Shown: positions 49,598-58,599, counted from the stretch's first letter. The stretch is 64,000 nucleotides of DNA from an uncultured Peptococcaceae bacterium (GCA_964569265.1 CAZMTO010000003.1:9850-73849), one strand, 5' to 3'. Program-made: numbers and translations. Notes: generated from the sequence alone by a model not told the origin.

Positions 49598-51688
49598 TTA
49601 GTAGAACATAAGCTCACTGTAGGTGGGGAAGGGCCAATACTTGGCAGCCGTCAGCACCTCTAAAGCATCGGCGGCGGCACGCAGGGCATCCATAGCCGGT
49701 AGCACAGTATTACGATAATAGCAGGCTGTTTCTTCGGCGGTGGTGCAGCTTGCAGCAGCGTCCAGCACTTCAGTCAAGGCATCAATATTGTCCGACATTG
49801 TATCGTTTAAGGTGGAAATATTTTTCAGCAGCTTTTCTTCGGCTGTACAGGGTATACCGCCCAACTGCTTTTTAGCCAGCAGGGTGTTGGCAAGCTCGTT
49901 AGAATACGTAAGCACTGCCGGCATAATTTCGGTTTTGGCCATATCCAGCATTGTCAAAGCTTCAATATGTACCACCTTGTAATATTCCTCTAAAATGCTT
50001 TCCTTGCGCGCTTCCATTTCGGGCAGGGTATAAATGCCCTGACGTTCAAACATCGCCACGTTTTTCGGGTCGGTGTAGTGGGGCAAAGCTTCCGGCGTAG
50101 ATTTAAGGTTAAGCAAACCGCGACGTTCAGCTTCTTCTACCCACTCGTCAGAATAGTTGTTACCGTTAAAGATGATACGGTCGTGCGCTTTAAGCTCGCG
50201 GGCCAGCAGCGCGTTAAGTGCTTCATTAAATTTATCGGCCTCAATACCCTCCAGCTCATCGGCAAACATCGACAAAGTATCGGCTACTACCGAATTTAAA
50301 ATAATGTTGGTGCAGGAAAGTGAAAAGCCGCTGCCTAACATTCTGAATTCAAATTTGTTGCCGGTAAAAGCAAACGGCGATGTACGGTTGCGGTCGGTGG
50401 TATCTTTGGGCAGGCTGGGCAGCACGCTTACGCCCGAATCTAAAATATCCTGACACAAACGTTCGCACATTTTGTTGTTTTCAACCGAATCAATAACGGC
50501 CTGCAATTCGTCACCTACAAAAACCGATACAATAGCCGGCGGTGCTTCGTTACCGCCCAAACGGTGATCGTTGCCGGCGCTGGATACCGATATACGCAGC
50601 AAGTCCTGATAATCGTCAACCGCCCTGATAACCGCCGTAAGAAAAGTAAGGAACTGCAAATTTTCTCGCGGGGTTTTGCCTGGCTCCAGCAGGTTTTCTC
50701 CTAAATCGGTGGCCATTGACCAGTTGTTGTGCTTGCCGGAACCGTTAACGCCCTCAAAGGGTTTTTCGTGCAGCAGGCAGGCCAAACCGTGGCGCGATGC
50801 TACCTTTTTCATCATCTCCATAACCAACTGGTTGTTGTCGGTGGCCGTATTGGTAGACGAATAGATGGTGGCTAATTCGTGCTGTGCCGGGGCAACCTCG
50901 TTATGGCGGGTTTTAGAAAGCACACCGAGCTTCCACAGCTCCTCGTCCAGATCCTGCATATAAGACATTACACGTGATCTGATGGCACCAAAATAGTGAT
51001 CTTCAAGCTCCTGACCTTTGGGCGGCATAGCGCCAAACAGGGTACGGCCGGCAAAACGCAGGTCTTTTCTCTGCTTAAACATTTCGGCATCTACCAGAAA
51101 ATATTCCTGCTCCGGCCCAACGGTAGTGGTAACGTGGGTAGCGCGGGTGTTACCAAAAAGCTTTAATATACGCAGTGCCTGCTTGTTAATAGCCTCCATA
51201 GAGCGCAGCAGCGGGGTTTTTTTATCCAGCACTTCTCCACCATAAGAACAAAAGGCGGTGGGTATGCACAGGGTATTATTTTTTATAAAAGCATAAGACG
51301 TAGGATCCCAGGTGGTGTAGCCGCGAGCTTCAAAGGTGGAGCGCAGACCGCCGGAGGGGAAGGACGATGCATCCGGTTCACCCTGAATAAGGTTTTTGCC
51401 GGAAAATTCCATTATTACATTGCCGCCTTCGGTAGGCTCAATAAAGCTGTCGTGCTTTTCGGCAGTTACGCCGGTAAGCGGCTGAAACCAGTGCGAATAG
51501 TGGGTGACACCCTTTTGTATAGCCCAGTCCTTCATTGCGGCTGCCACCGATTCTGCCAGGGTAGGGTCTAAGGGTTTGCCGCCCTCTATAGTCTTTTTAA
51601 GGGCTTTGTACACCTGTTTGGGCAAGCGCTCCTTCATTATATTTTCGTTAAAAACGTTGCTGCCAAACAATTCGGGAACATTTGTCAT
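49598..51688 (-). CDS. glnN: Glutamine synthetase type III
   Basis: 696 aa, with N-terminal [14 protein letters not shown] and a length typical of the GSIII family (Bacteroides/Ruminococcus type). RBS GGAGG. Confidence 0.85.
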   Translation of the reverse strand: MTNVPELFGSNVFNENIMKERLPKQVYKALKKTIEGGKPLDPTLAESVAAAMKDWAIQKGVTHYSHWFQPLTGVTAEKHDSFIEPTEGGNVIMEFSGKNLIQGEPDASSFPSGGLRSTFEARGYTTWDPTSYAFIKNNTLCIPTAFCSYGGEVLDKKTPLLRSMEAINKQALRILKLFGNTRATHVTTTVGPEQEYFLVDAEMFKQRKDLRFAGRTLFGAMPPKGQELEDHYFGAIRSRVMSYMQDLDEELWKLGVLSKTRHNEVAPAQHELATIYSSTNTATDNNQLVMEMMKKVASRHGLACLLHEKPFEGVNGSGKHNNWSMATDLGENLLEPGKTPRENLQFLTFLTAVIRAVDDYQDLLRISVSSAGNDHRLGGNEAPPAIVSVFVGDELQAVIDSVENNKMCERLCQDILDSGVSVLPSLPKDTTDRNRTSPFAFTGNKFEFRMLGSGFSLSCTNIILNSVVADTLSMFADELEGIEADKFNEALNALLARELKAHDRIIFNGNNYSDEWVEEAERRGLLNLKSTPEALPHYTDPKNVAMFERQGIYTLPEMEARKESILEEYYKVVHIEALTMLDMAKTEIMPAVLTYSNELANTLLAKKQLGGIPCTAEEKLLKNISTLNDTMSDNIDALTEVLDAAASCTTAEETACYYRNTVLPAMDALRAAADALEVLTAAKYWPFPTYSELMFY

Positions 51689-51745
51689 AATAAAACCTCC
51701 ATCAAAAATTTAAAAAATTATGATAATTTTTAGTTTGCATTGTTT

Positions 51746-51780
51746 AAAAAAAAGGCACTGCGGGGATAACCCACAGCGCC
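51746..51780 (-). terminator. Leader intrinsic terminator (attenuator) between the glnN promoter and RBS: GGCGCUGUGGG/CCCGCAGUGCC stem (11 bp including 2 GU) followed by U8
   Basis: Read on the minus strand. It sits about 20 nt downstream of the predicted transcription start and about 60 nt upstream of the glnN start codon. No minus-strand gene ends here, so it must act on the glnN leader. Confidence 0.6.
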
Positions 51781-51799
51781 GTTGCTGATTACTCTGTAA

Positions 51800-51828
51800 A
51801 TTATATGCGGCGGCGGGCAAAAAGTCAA
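51800..51828 (-). promoter_or_regulatory. Consensus sigma-70 promoter for glnN (minus strand: TTGACT, 17 nt spacer, TATAAT)
   Basis: Read directly. The -10 is at 51800-51805 and the -35 at 51823-51828 in plus coordinates. Confidence 0.6.
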
Positions 51829-51937
51829 CCCCAAATTGCAAAATTTTTAATTTTTTTGCGGCTGCACCTGCTGCCGTGCAAAATAAGGGTTATATATAAT
51901 ATCGGTAGAAATCGGTATAATTGGCCAAAAATTAGAT

Positions 51938-51954
51938 TGTATACAGTGTATACA
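51938..51954. promoter_or_regulatory. Perfect 17-bp palindrome TGTATACAGTGTATACA, a candidate operator between the divergent glnN and glutamate synthase promoters
   Basis: It is self-complementary about the central G and lies 14 bp upstream of the gltB-operon -35. A tandem ATCGGTA repeat is also nearby at 51901-51917. Confidence 0.45.
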
Positions 51955-51968
51955 TTAGCAAAAATTAT

Positions 51969-51997
51969 TGACTGATGCGTAATTTTGCTATACAATG
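51969..51997 (+). promoter_or_regulatory. Sigma-70 promoter of the split glutamate synthase operon (TTGACT, 17 nt spacer, TACAAT, with an extended TG)
   Basis: Read directly. Confidence 0.6.
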
Positions 51998-52060
51998 CTA
52001 TATTATATTTTACCAAATTATTTGTCGGATGTAAATTTATATTTTATGGGAGTGATGGGT

Positions 52061-53152
52061 ATGCAAAAAGAAGGCGAGATAAGAATACCTGCCGGGTGTG
52101 CCATATCGTCGATTTTTTCGAGGAGCGGCAAACGCATAGACGGCAGCAAAATTATTCAGTCAATAAAAATTATGCACGACCGCAGCAACGGTTTGGGCGG
52201 TGGCTTTGCCGGCTATGGTATTTACCCGGAATACAAAGACGCCTATGCTTTTCACGTATTTTATGATTCTACCGAGGCTAAAGACAAATGTGAGGACTTT
52301 TTGGAACGCCATTTTGACATCATCAACCTGTCAAAAATTCCGATTCGCAAAAACCCCAACATTACTGACGAACCGCTTATCTGGCGCTATTTTGTAAACC
52401 CGCTGCCCACAAAGTTGGCCGACAGCCAGTTGGACGAGCAGGAATACGTTTTCCGGTCTGTGGTGCGCGTAAACGACACTATGCCGGGCGCTTATATTTT
52501 TAGCTGCGGCAAAAATATGGGTGTGTTTAAGGCGGTAGGCTTCCCCGAAGATGTTGGCGATTTTTATCGGCTGGAGGAATACGAGGGATATTCCTGGACG
52601 GCACACGGCCGTTACCCCACCAACACACCGGGCTGGTGGGGCGGCGCACACCCCTTTGCCCTGTTAGATAAAACCATTGTACACAACGGTGAAATTTCGT
52701 CTTATGATGCTAACCGCCGCCATATAGAAATGTACGGCTACCGTTGTAATCTGCTTACCGATACCGAGGTTATAACCTACATAGTAGACTTTTTGGTACG
52801 CAAGCAGGGGCTTACGCTTGAAGAAATGGCCAGCGTTATTGCCGCACCCTTTTGGTCTACCATAAGCCAAAAAGAACCCGAAGAGCGCGAGCGTTTGACT
52901 TACCTGCGCAATGCCTTTGCCAGCCTGCTTATAACCGGGCCGTTTTCTATTTTGTTGGGCTTTGAAGGCGGCCTGATGGCCTTGAATGACCGCCTTAAAT
53001 TACGTTCTATGGTGGTGGGAGAAAAAGACGATATGGTGTATATTGCCAGCGAAGAATCTGCCATACGCATTATAGAACCGGAGCTTGACCGTATATGGTC
53101 ACCCCGCGGCGGCGAGCCGGTTATTGTAACGCTGGATACCACCAAACTATAG
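52061..53152 (+). CDS. Glutamate synthase large-subunit domain 1 homologue (class II glutamine amidotransferase, archaeal-type split GOGAT)
   Basis: Ntn-type GATase-2 fold with a Cys in ...PAGCAISS, followed by GltS amidotransferase-domain similarity. The start is ambiguous among the ATGs at 52046, 52055 and 52061. Confidence 0.7.
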   Translation: MQKEGEIRIPAGCAISSIFSRSGKRIDGSKIIQSIKIMHDRSNGLGGGFAGYGIYPEYKDAYAFHVFYDSTEAKDKCEDFLERHFDIINLSKIPIRKNPNITDEPLIWRYFVNPLPTKLADSQLDEQEYVFRSVVRVNDTMPGAYIFSCGKNMGVFKAVGFPEDVGDFYRLEEYEGYSWTAHGRYPTNTPGWWGGAHPFALLDKTIVHNGEISSYDANRRHIEMYGYRCNLLTDTEVITYIVDFLVRKQGLTLEEMASVIAAPFWSTISQKEPEERERLTYLRNAFASLLITGPFSILLGFEGGLMALNDRLKLRSMVVGEKDDMVYIASEESAIRIIEPELDRIWSPRGGEPVIVTLDTTKL

Positions 53153-53202
53153 GGAAACTTACAAAATTTATAATAATTATACAGTAAAGGAAGTAGACGA
53201 TT

Positions 53203-54708
53203 ATGGCTGTGGATTTTTTCTACCCCGAATATGAGATCGTGCGTGACCCTAACCGTTGTATAGGCTGCGGCGTGTGTGAACGTCAGTGCGCCAACAAGGT
53301 ACATTGGCGTGATGATGACAGCGGCCGTATGCTCTGCGACGACAGCAAATGTGTAAACTGCCACCGCTGCGTATCACTGTGCCCCACACGTGCCTTAAAA
53401 ATTGTTAAAAGCGGCAACACCTTTAAGGCAAATTCTAACTGGACTAATAACTATATGAAGGAGATATACCGTCAGGCAAATTCCGGCGGTGTGCTGTTAT
53501 CTTCTATGGGCAACCCGGAGCCTTACCCGGTTTACTGGGACAAAATACTTATCAATGCCTCGCAGGTTACCAATCCTTCTATCGACCCTTTGCGTGAACC
53601 TATGGAAACACGCACCTTTTTAGGCAAAAAACCGACACATATTCAGCGGGACAAGCAGGGGCGGCTGGTGCCCAACTTAGAACCGCAGTTAGAGCTGGCA
53701 CTGCCGATAATGTTCGGCGGGATGTCTTACGGGGCTATAAGCTATAACGCACACGAAGCCCTGGCACGCGCTGCCGAAGCTGTGGGTACGTTTTATAACA
53801 CCGGTGAGGGCGGCCTGCATAAGGATTTTTATAAATACGGCAAAAATGCCATCGTGCAGGTGGCGTCCGGCCGTTTTGGCGTGCATAAAGATTACTTAAA
53901 CGCCGGCTCGGCTATAGAGATAAAAATAGGGCAGGGTGCCAAGCCCGGCATTGGCGGCCATTTGCCCGGCTTAAAAATTGTCGGTGATATTTCGGAAACA
54001 CGTATGATACCCCTTGGCACCGATGCAATAAGCCCGGCACCGCACCACGATATTTATTCTATCGAAGATTTGCACCAGTTGGTGTATTCGCTGAAAGAAG
54101 CTACCGACTACAAAAAACCGATAATTGTAAAAATTGCTGCTGTGCATAACGTGGCGGCTATTGCCAGCGGTGTTGCCCGCAGCGGCGCCGATATTATTGC
54201 CATCGACGGCTTTAGAGGCGGCACCGGTGCAGCGCCTACCAGAATTCGCGATAATGTGGGGATTCCCATTGAATTGGCGTTAGCGGCGGTAGACCAGCGT
54301 TTGCGTGATGAAGGTATACGCGGCAACATATCTATTATCTGCGGGGGCAGCATACGCAACAGCACCGATGTTATTAAAGCCATTGCCCTTGGTGCCGATG
54401 CTGTTTATATTGCTACGGCGGCCCTGCTGGCCCTTGGCTGCCATCTTTGCCGCAGTTGTCATGGCGGCAATTGCAACTGGGGCATTGCCACCCAAAAGCC
54501 CGAACTTGTAAAGCGGCTTAACCCGGATATCGGCGTAGAAAGGCTTACCAACCTGCTGCACGCCTGGGAACACGAGATAACCGAAATTATGGGCGGTATG
54601 GGCATCAATTCTATCGAAGCACTGCGCGGCAACCGTTTGATGCTGCGCGGCATTGGGCTTACCGATCGTGAGCTTAAAATACTGGGTATTCAGCACGCCG
54701 GAGAATAG
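53203..54708 (+). CDS. Glutamate synthase FMN-binding (central/synthase) domain protein with an N-terminal 2x[4Fe-4S] ferredoxin domain
   Basis: N-terminal CIGCGVCERQC and CVNCHRCVSLCP clusters. Then the GltS FMN domain (GEGG, GAKPGIGGHLPG, a Cys-rich 3Fe-4S-like region CHLCRSCHGGNC). Confidence 0.8.
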   Translation: MAVDFFYPEYEIVRDPNRCIGCGVCERQCANKVHWRDDDSGRMLCDDSKCVNCHRCVSLCPTRALKIVKSGNTFKANSNWTNNYMKEIYRQANSGGVLLSSMGNPEPYPVYWDKILINASQVTNPSIDPLREPMETRTFLGKKPTHIQRDKQGRLVPNLEPQLELALPIMFGGMSYGAISYNAHEALARAAEAVGTFYNTGEGGLHKDFYKYGKNAIVQVASGRFGVHKDYLNAGSAIEIKIGQGAKPGIGGHLPGLKIVGDISETRMIPLGTDAISPAPHHDIYSIEDLHQLVYSLKEATDYKKPIIVKIAAVHNVAAIASGVARSGADIIAIDGFRGGTGAAPTRIRDNVGIPIELALAAVDQRLRDEGIRGNISIICGGSIRNSTDVIKAIALGADAVYIATAALLALGCHLCRSCHGGNCNWGIATQKPELVKRLNPDIGVERLTNLLHAWEHEITEIMGGMGINSIEALRGNRLMLRGIGLTDRELKILGIQHAGE

Positions 54709-54719
54709 GGGGTAAAGTT

Positions 54720-55148
54720 ATGAAAAAAGTTTATGTGCAGGAAGACTGGTGCCTTGGCTGCCACCTTTGTGAATATGCCTGCGCTTTTGCTAACAGCGGC
54801 CAAACCGATATCTGTAAGGCGCTTAAAGGTGTTACAATTAACCCCCGTATCCGCGTAGAAGAAGGCGACGGTGTTTGCTTTGCCGTAAACTGTCGCCACT
54901 GTCCCGATCCTATCTGCCAAAAAAGCTGCATAAGCGGGGCAATTTCGGTAGTAAACGGTGTTGTACATATTGACCAGAACAAATGCGTAGGCTGCTATAC
55001 CTGTGTGCTGGCCTGCCCTTATGGCGCTGTTATGCCGGCCGATAACGGCAAGGTAATGCAAAAATGCGAGCTTTGTACCCAAAACGGCGGGCAGCCGGCC
55101 TGTGTGGCAGCCTGCCCCAACCGGGCTATTGTATTTGAGGAGAGGTGA
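54720..55148 (+). CDS. 4Fe-4S dicluster ferredoxin-domain protein
   Basis: Multiple CxxCxxCxxxCP motifs in 142 aa. Confidence 0.75.
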   Translation: MKKVYVQEDWCLGCHLCEYACAFANSGQTDICKALKGVTINPRIRVEEGDGVCFAVNCRHCPDPICQKSCISGAISVVNGVVHIDQNKCVGCYTCVLACPYGAVMPADNGKVMQKCELCTQNGGQPACVAACPNRAIVFEER

Positions 55149-55153
55149 GCGGT

Positions 55154-56392
55154 ATGAAATATGTTATTATCGGCAATTCGGCCGGGGCCATTGGCTGTAT
55201 AGAAGGTATACGCCGCCACGATACCGACGGGCAGATAGTTTTGGTGGCTGCCGAGCCGCACCATACGTATTCTCGCCCGCTGATATCGTATCTGTTGCAG
55301 GGTAAAACCGACCTGGAGCGTATGAAGTATCGCCCTGATGATTTTTATAAGCAAATGGGGGTAGAAGCCCACCTTGGGGTTAAGGTATCGGCTATAGATG
55401 CCGATAAAAAGTTTATCAAGCTGGGCAACGGTAAAAAAATTACCTACGATAAACTGTTAACCGCCACCGGCAGCACACCCTTTGTGCCGCCCACCAAAGG
55501 TTTAAACACAGTAGACAGGCAGTTTGGCTTTATGACACTTGACGATGCCCAATGCCTTGATGCCGCGCTTGATAAAACATCGCGCGTGCTGATAGTGGGC
55601 GCCGGGCTTATCGGCCTTAAATGTGCCGAAGGTATTGCCGAAAAGGCAGGGCAGATAACCGTTGTAGATATGGCTGACCGCGTGCTGAGCAGCATTTTAA
55701 CCGCCGATGCGGCTGCTATGGTGCAAAAACATCTGGAGGTCCAAGGCATAAAGTTTGTTATGAACAATTATGTGGCAGAATTTGACGGAAATACTGCAAT
55801 TTTGGCTAAGGGCGGCAGCCGTCTTGATTTTGATGTGCTGGTGATGGCGGTAGGCGTTAGGCCCAACATTAGCCTGCTGCAAGCTGCCGGTGCCAAATGT
55901 GACCGCGGTGTACTGCTGAACCTGCATTGTCAAACCAGCCTGCACGATGTTTATGCCGCCGGTGACTGCACACAGGGTTATGATACCGTAAGCGGTGATA
56001 ATAAAGTGCTGGCCCTGCTGCCCAATGCTTATTTGCAGGGGCTTTGTGCCGGAGAAAATATGGCCGGTGCAGCAGTTGCCTTTGATACCGGTATGGCAAT
56101 GAACTCTATTGGGTTTTGGGGGCTGCACATTATGACCGCCGGTGAATATACAGGCAAGGCTATTGTGCATAAAACTGCCGACAGCTATAAATGTCTGTAT
56201 GTAAAGGATAACCGGCTGGTGGGCTATATTATTGTCGGTGATGTTGCCCGTGCCGGTATTTATACGTCACTTATACGCAGCCGCCGCAAGCTTGGCACCG
56301 TTAACTTTAAGCTGTTAAAGGATAAACCCCAGCTTATGGCCTTTGGCAAGGGTGAGCGTGCCAAAATGCTGGCCGCCGGAAAGGAGCAATAA
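55154..56392 (+). CDS. FAD-dependent pyridine nucleotide-disulfide oxidoreductase family protein (NAD(P)H-binding flavoprotein)
   Basis: Two Rossmann dinucleotide sites (VIIGNSAGAIG and LIVGAGLIGLK) with NADH-oxidase/rubredoxin-reductase-like topology. Start at ATG 55154. Confidence 0.7.
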   Translation: MKYVIIGNSAGAIGCIEGIRRHDTDGQIVLVAAEPHHTYSRPLISYLLQGKTDLERMKYRPDDFYKQMGVEAHLGVKVSAIDADKKFIKLGNGKKITYDKLLTATGSTPFVPPTKGLNTVDRQFGFMTLDDAQCLDAALDKTSRVLIVGAGLIGLKCAEGIAEKAGQITVVDMADRVLSSILTADAAAMVQKHLEVQGIKFVMNNYVAEFDGNTAILAKGGSRLDFDVLVMAVGVRPNISLLQAAGAKCDRGVLLNLHCQTSLHDVYAAGDCTQGYDTVSGDNKVLALLPNAYLQGLCAGENMAGAAVAFDTGMAMNSIGFWGLHIMTAGEYTGKAIVHKTADSYKCLYVKDNRLVGYIIVGDVARAGIYTSLIRSRRKLGTVNFKLLKDKPQLMAFGKGERAKMLAAGKEQ

Positions 56393-56393
56393 T

Positions 56394-57125
56394 ATGGCTA
56401 CACTTAATATAGACGCAACAAATATGCATTTTAAAGACCTTAACGCCAAAATACGCGCTGCCCGCAGCCATAACATTGTTATACAAAACTGTATGGGGCA
56501 GCGTTATATCGGGGCGGCTTTAAGTCACAAACAGTTAGAAATAAACGGTTTGCCCGGCAACGCAATGGGCGCTTATCTTGACGGTTCGACCATTGTGGTA
56601 AACGGCAGCACGCAGGAAGCTACCGGCGATACAATGAACGACGGCACCATAATTATCCACGGCAATGCCGGCGATGCCACCGGTTATGCAATGCGCGGCG
56701 GCCATATTTTTGTACAGGGAAATTCCGGCTACCGTACCGGCATACATATGAAGGAATATAAACATAAGGTGCCGGTAGTGGTTATCGGCGGGCGCGTAGG
56801 CAGCTTTTTGGGAGAATACCAGGCCGGAGGCGTAATTGTAGTGCTGGGCATTGGCCAGCGGGGAGAATTACCCGTAGGCTATTTTACCGGCACCGGTATG
56901 CACGGCGGCAAAATATTTTTGCGCTCTGATTTTGAACCGCAGGGTTTGCCGCCGCAGGTTATATGCAAAGTGGCTACCGAAGAAGATAAGCAGGCGGTTT
57001 TTGCCTATGTTGAAGAATTTTGCAGCTACTTTGGCGGCAGCCCGGCCGAGCTTTTGGCCAAACAGTTTTATGTGCTTATGCCCAACACCCAAAACCCTTA
57101 TAAGCAGCTTTATGTAAACAATTAA
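56394..57125 (+). CDS. Glutamate synthase large-subunit domain 3 homologue (GXGXG beta-helix domain)
   Basis: Repeated GxGxG turns (NGLPGNAMGAYLDGSTIVVNGS...HGNAGDATGYAMRGGHIFVQGNSGYRTG). Start at ATG 56394 after ggagc. Confidence 0.8.
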   Translation: MATLNIDATNMHFKDLNAKIRAARSHNIVIQNCMGQRYIGAALSHKQLEINGLPGNAMGAYLDGSTIVVNGSTQEATGDTMNDGTIIIHGNAGDATGYAMRGGHIFVQGNSGYRTGIHMKEYKHKVPVVVIGGRVGSFLGEYQAGGVIVVLGIGQRGELPVGYFTGTGMHGGKIFLRSDFEPQGLPPQVICKVATEEDKQAVFAYVEEFCSYFGGSPAELLAKQFYVLMPNTQNPYKQLYVNN

Positions 57126-57180
57126 CCGCTGCACAACAATAAAATATAAATAAAACCCCAGATGAATAATGAATAATTAT

Positions 57181-57209
57181 TGAACATAGGTGCGGCATTT
57201 GCTAAAATA
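57181..57209 (+). promoter_or_regulatory. Sigma-70-like promoter of glnA (TTGAAC, 17 nt spacer, TAAAAT), bracketed by a 12-bp inverted repeat
   Basis: Read directly. The repeat arms are ATGAATAATGAA at 57162-57173 and TTCATTATTCAT at 57246-57257. Confidence 0.45.
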
Positions 57210-57291
57210 TAAGCAGGCCCTTTGGCCTTTGGTTTAATGTTGTTCATTATTCATTTTTAATTATACGCTAACTTGATAAGGAGTGTTTAAA

Positions 57292-58599
57292 ATGCTGCGA
57301 ACTGTAGAAGAAGCGCTGCAATTTGTTGAAGAAAACGACGTAAAATTTATTCGCCTGACATTTTGCGATGTTTTTGGTGTACAAAAAAATATCTCTATTA
57401 TGCCCAGCGAACTGCCGCACGCTTTTAAAGACGGCATACCGTTTGAAGCATCGGCGGTGCAGGGCTTTATGAGCAACGAATCTGCCGAGCTGTTATTGTT
57501 CCCCGACCCTAACACGCTGGCATTTTTGCCGTGGCGGCCCAGCACCGGCAGGGTAGTAAGGGTATTTTGCAATATCTGCTACCCGGATGGCCGACCTTTT
57601 TTAGGCGATGGCCGTTTTATGCTTAAACAGGCTATGAAGCGCCTTAAAGCTGCCGACCTGGAATGTAAGCTGGGTACAGAATGTGAATTTTATCTGCTGG
57701 AGCTTAACGAGGACGGATCGGTTTCTCGCAGGCCCAACGACCACGCCGGCTACCTTGATGTAGCCCCGTTGGATAAAGGTGAGGATGTGCGCCGACAAAT
57801 TTGTCTGTATTTGGAAGAAATGGGCATACAGCCCAAAACGTCACACCACGAACGCGGCCCGGGGCAAAACGAAATTGACTTTAATGCCAGCGCCCCGATG
57901 ACGGCGGCTGACGATTTTTTAAGCTTTAAAACCGTGGTAAAAACGGTGGCCAATTATAACGGCCTGTATGCGTCTATGCTGCCCAAGCCCTTTGAACGCC
58001 AGTATGGCTGCGGCCTGCATACGCACTTTTTTCTGTATCGCAACGGGCGCAACATTTTTGAAGCCGACAGCCCCGAACAGGCTACTGCACGGCATTTTAT
58101 AGCGGGCATTTTAAACCGTATATGTGAAATTACGCTGTTTTTAAATTCTCTTACCAATTCTTACGCGCGTTTTGGCAGTTTTGAAGCCCCGGCCTACATC
58201 AGTTGGTCAGATACCAGCCGGTTTCAGTTGGTAAGCTTTCCGATATCGGCGGCAAAATCGGTGCATATGGAATTACGCTCGCCGGATTCCTGCTTAAACC
58301 CGTATTTGGCCTTTGCCCTGTTGCTAAACGCCGGGTTAGAAGGTGTAGAGCAAAAGCTGCCCTTAACCGAGCCGCTTAAAAGCGATGAAGTACCGGCAAA
58401 CAACGGCCGCTTTGCCAGCCTGCCCAAAAATTTAGGAGAGGCCATAGCCGCCGCTGAAGGCAGCGATTTTGTCCGTTCGGTGATAACCGACGATATTTTG
58501 CAGTTGTTTGTAAATGCCAAGCGAGAAGAATGGCAGCAGTATGTTTCGGCAGCCGACCCGGCAGCGGTAGAAGAACAGCTTTATTTTGGTGTATATTAA
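57292..58599 (+). CDS. glnA: Glutamine synthetase type I (GlnA, approximately 435 aa Bacillus-like form)
   Basis: GS beta-grasp N-domain and a catalytic domain with HHERGPGQNEIDF and NSYARF motifs. Start at ATG 57292 after aaggag. Confidence 0.85.
   Translation: MLRTVEEALQFVEENDVKFIRLTFCDVFGVQKNISIMPSELPHAFKDGIPFEASAVQGFMSNESAELLLFPDPNTLAFLPWRPSTGRVVRVFCNICYPDGRPFLGDGRFMLKQAMKRLKAADLECKLGTECEFYLLELNEDGSVSRRPNDHAGYLDVAPLDKGEDVRRQICLYLEEMGIQPKTSHHERGPGQNEIDFNASAPMTAADDFLSFKTVVKTVANYNGLYASMLPKPFERQYGCGLHTHFFLYRNGRNIFEADSPEQATARHFIAGILNRICEITLFLNSLTNSYARFGSFEAPAYISWSDTSRFQLVSFPISAAKSVHMELRSPDSCLNPYLAFALLLNAGLEGVEQKLPLTEPLKSDEVPANNGRFASLPKNLGEAIAAAEGSDFVRSVITDDILQLFVNAKREEWQQYVSAADPAAVEEQLYFGVY

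Noticed and set aside
51774-51787. Search for the second hexaloop hairpin required for a canonical dual-hairpin ANTAR target in the glnN leader
   Set aside because: There is no upstream partner hairpin between the predicted transcription start and this hairpin. A second, upstream promoter would be needed. This is why the ANTAR interpretation is only a finding and not a feature.
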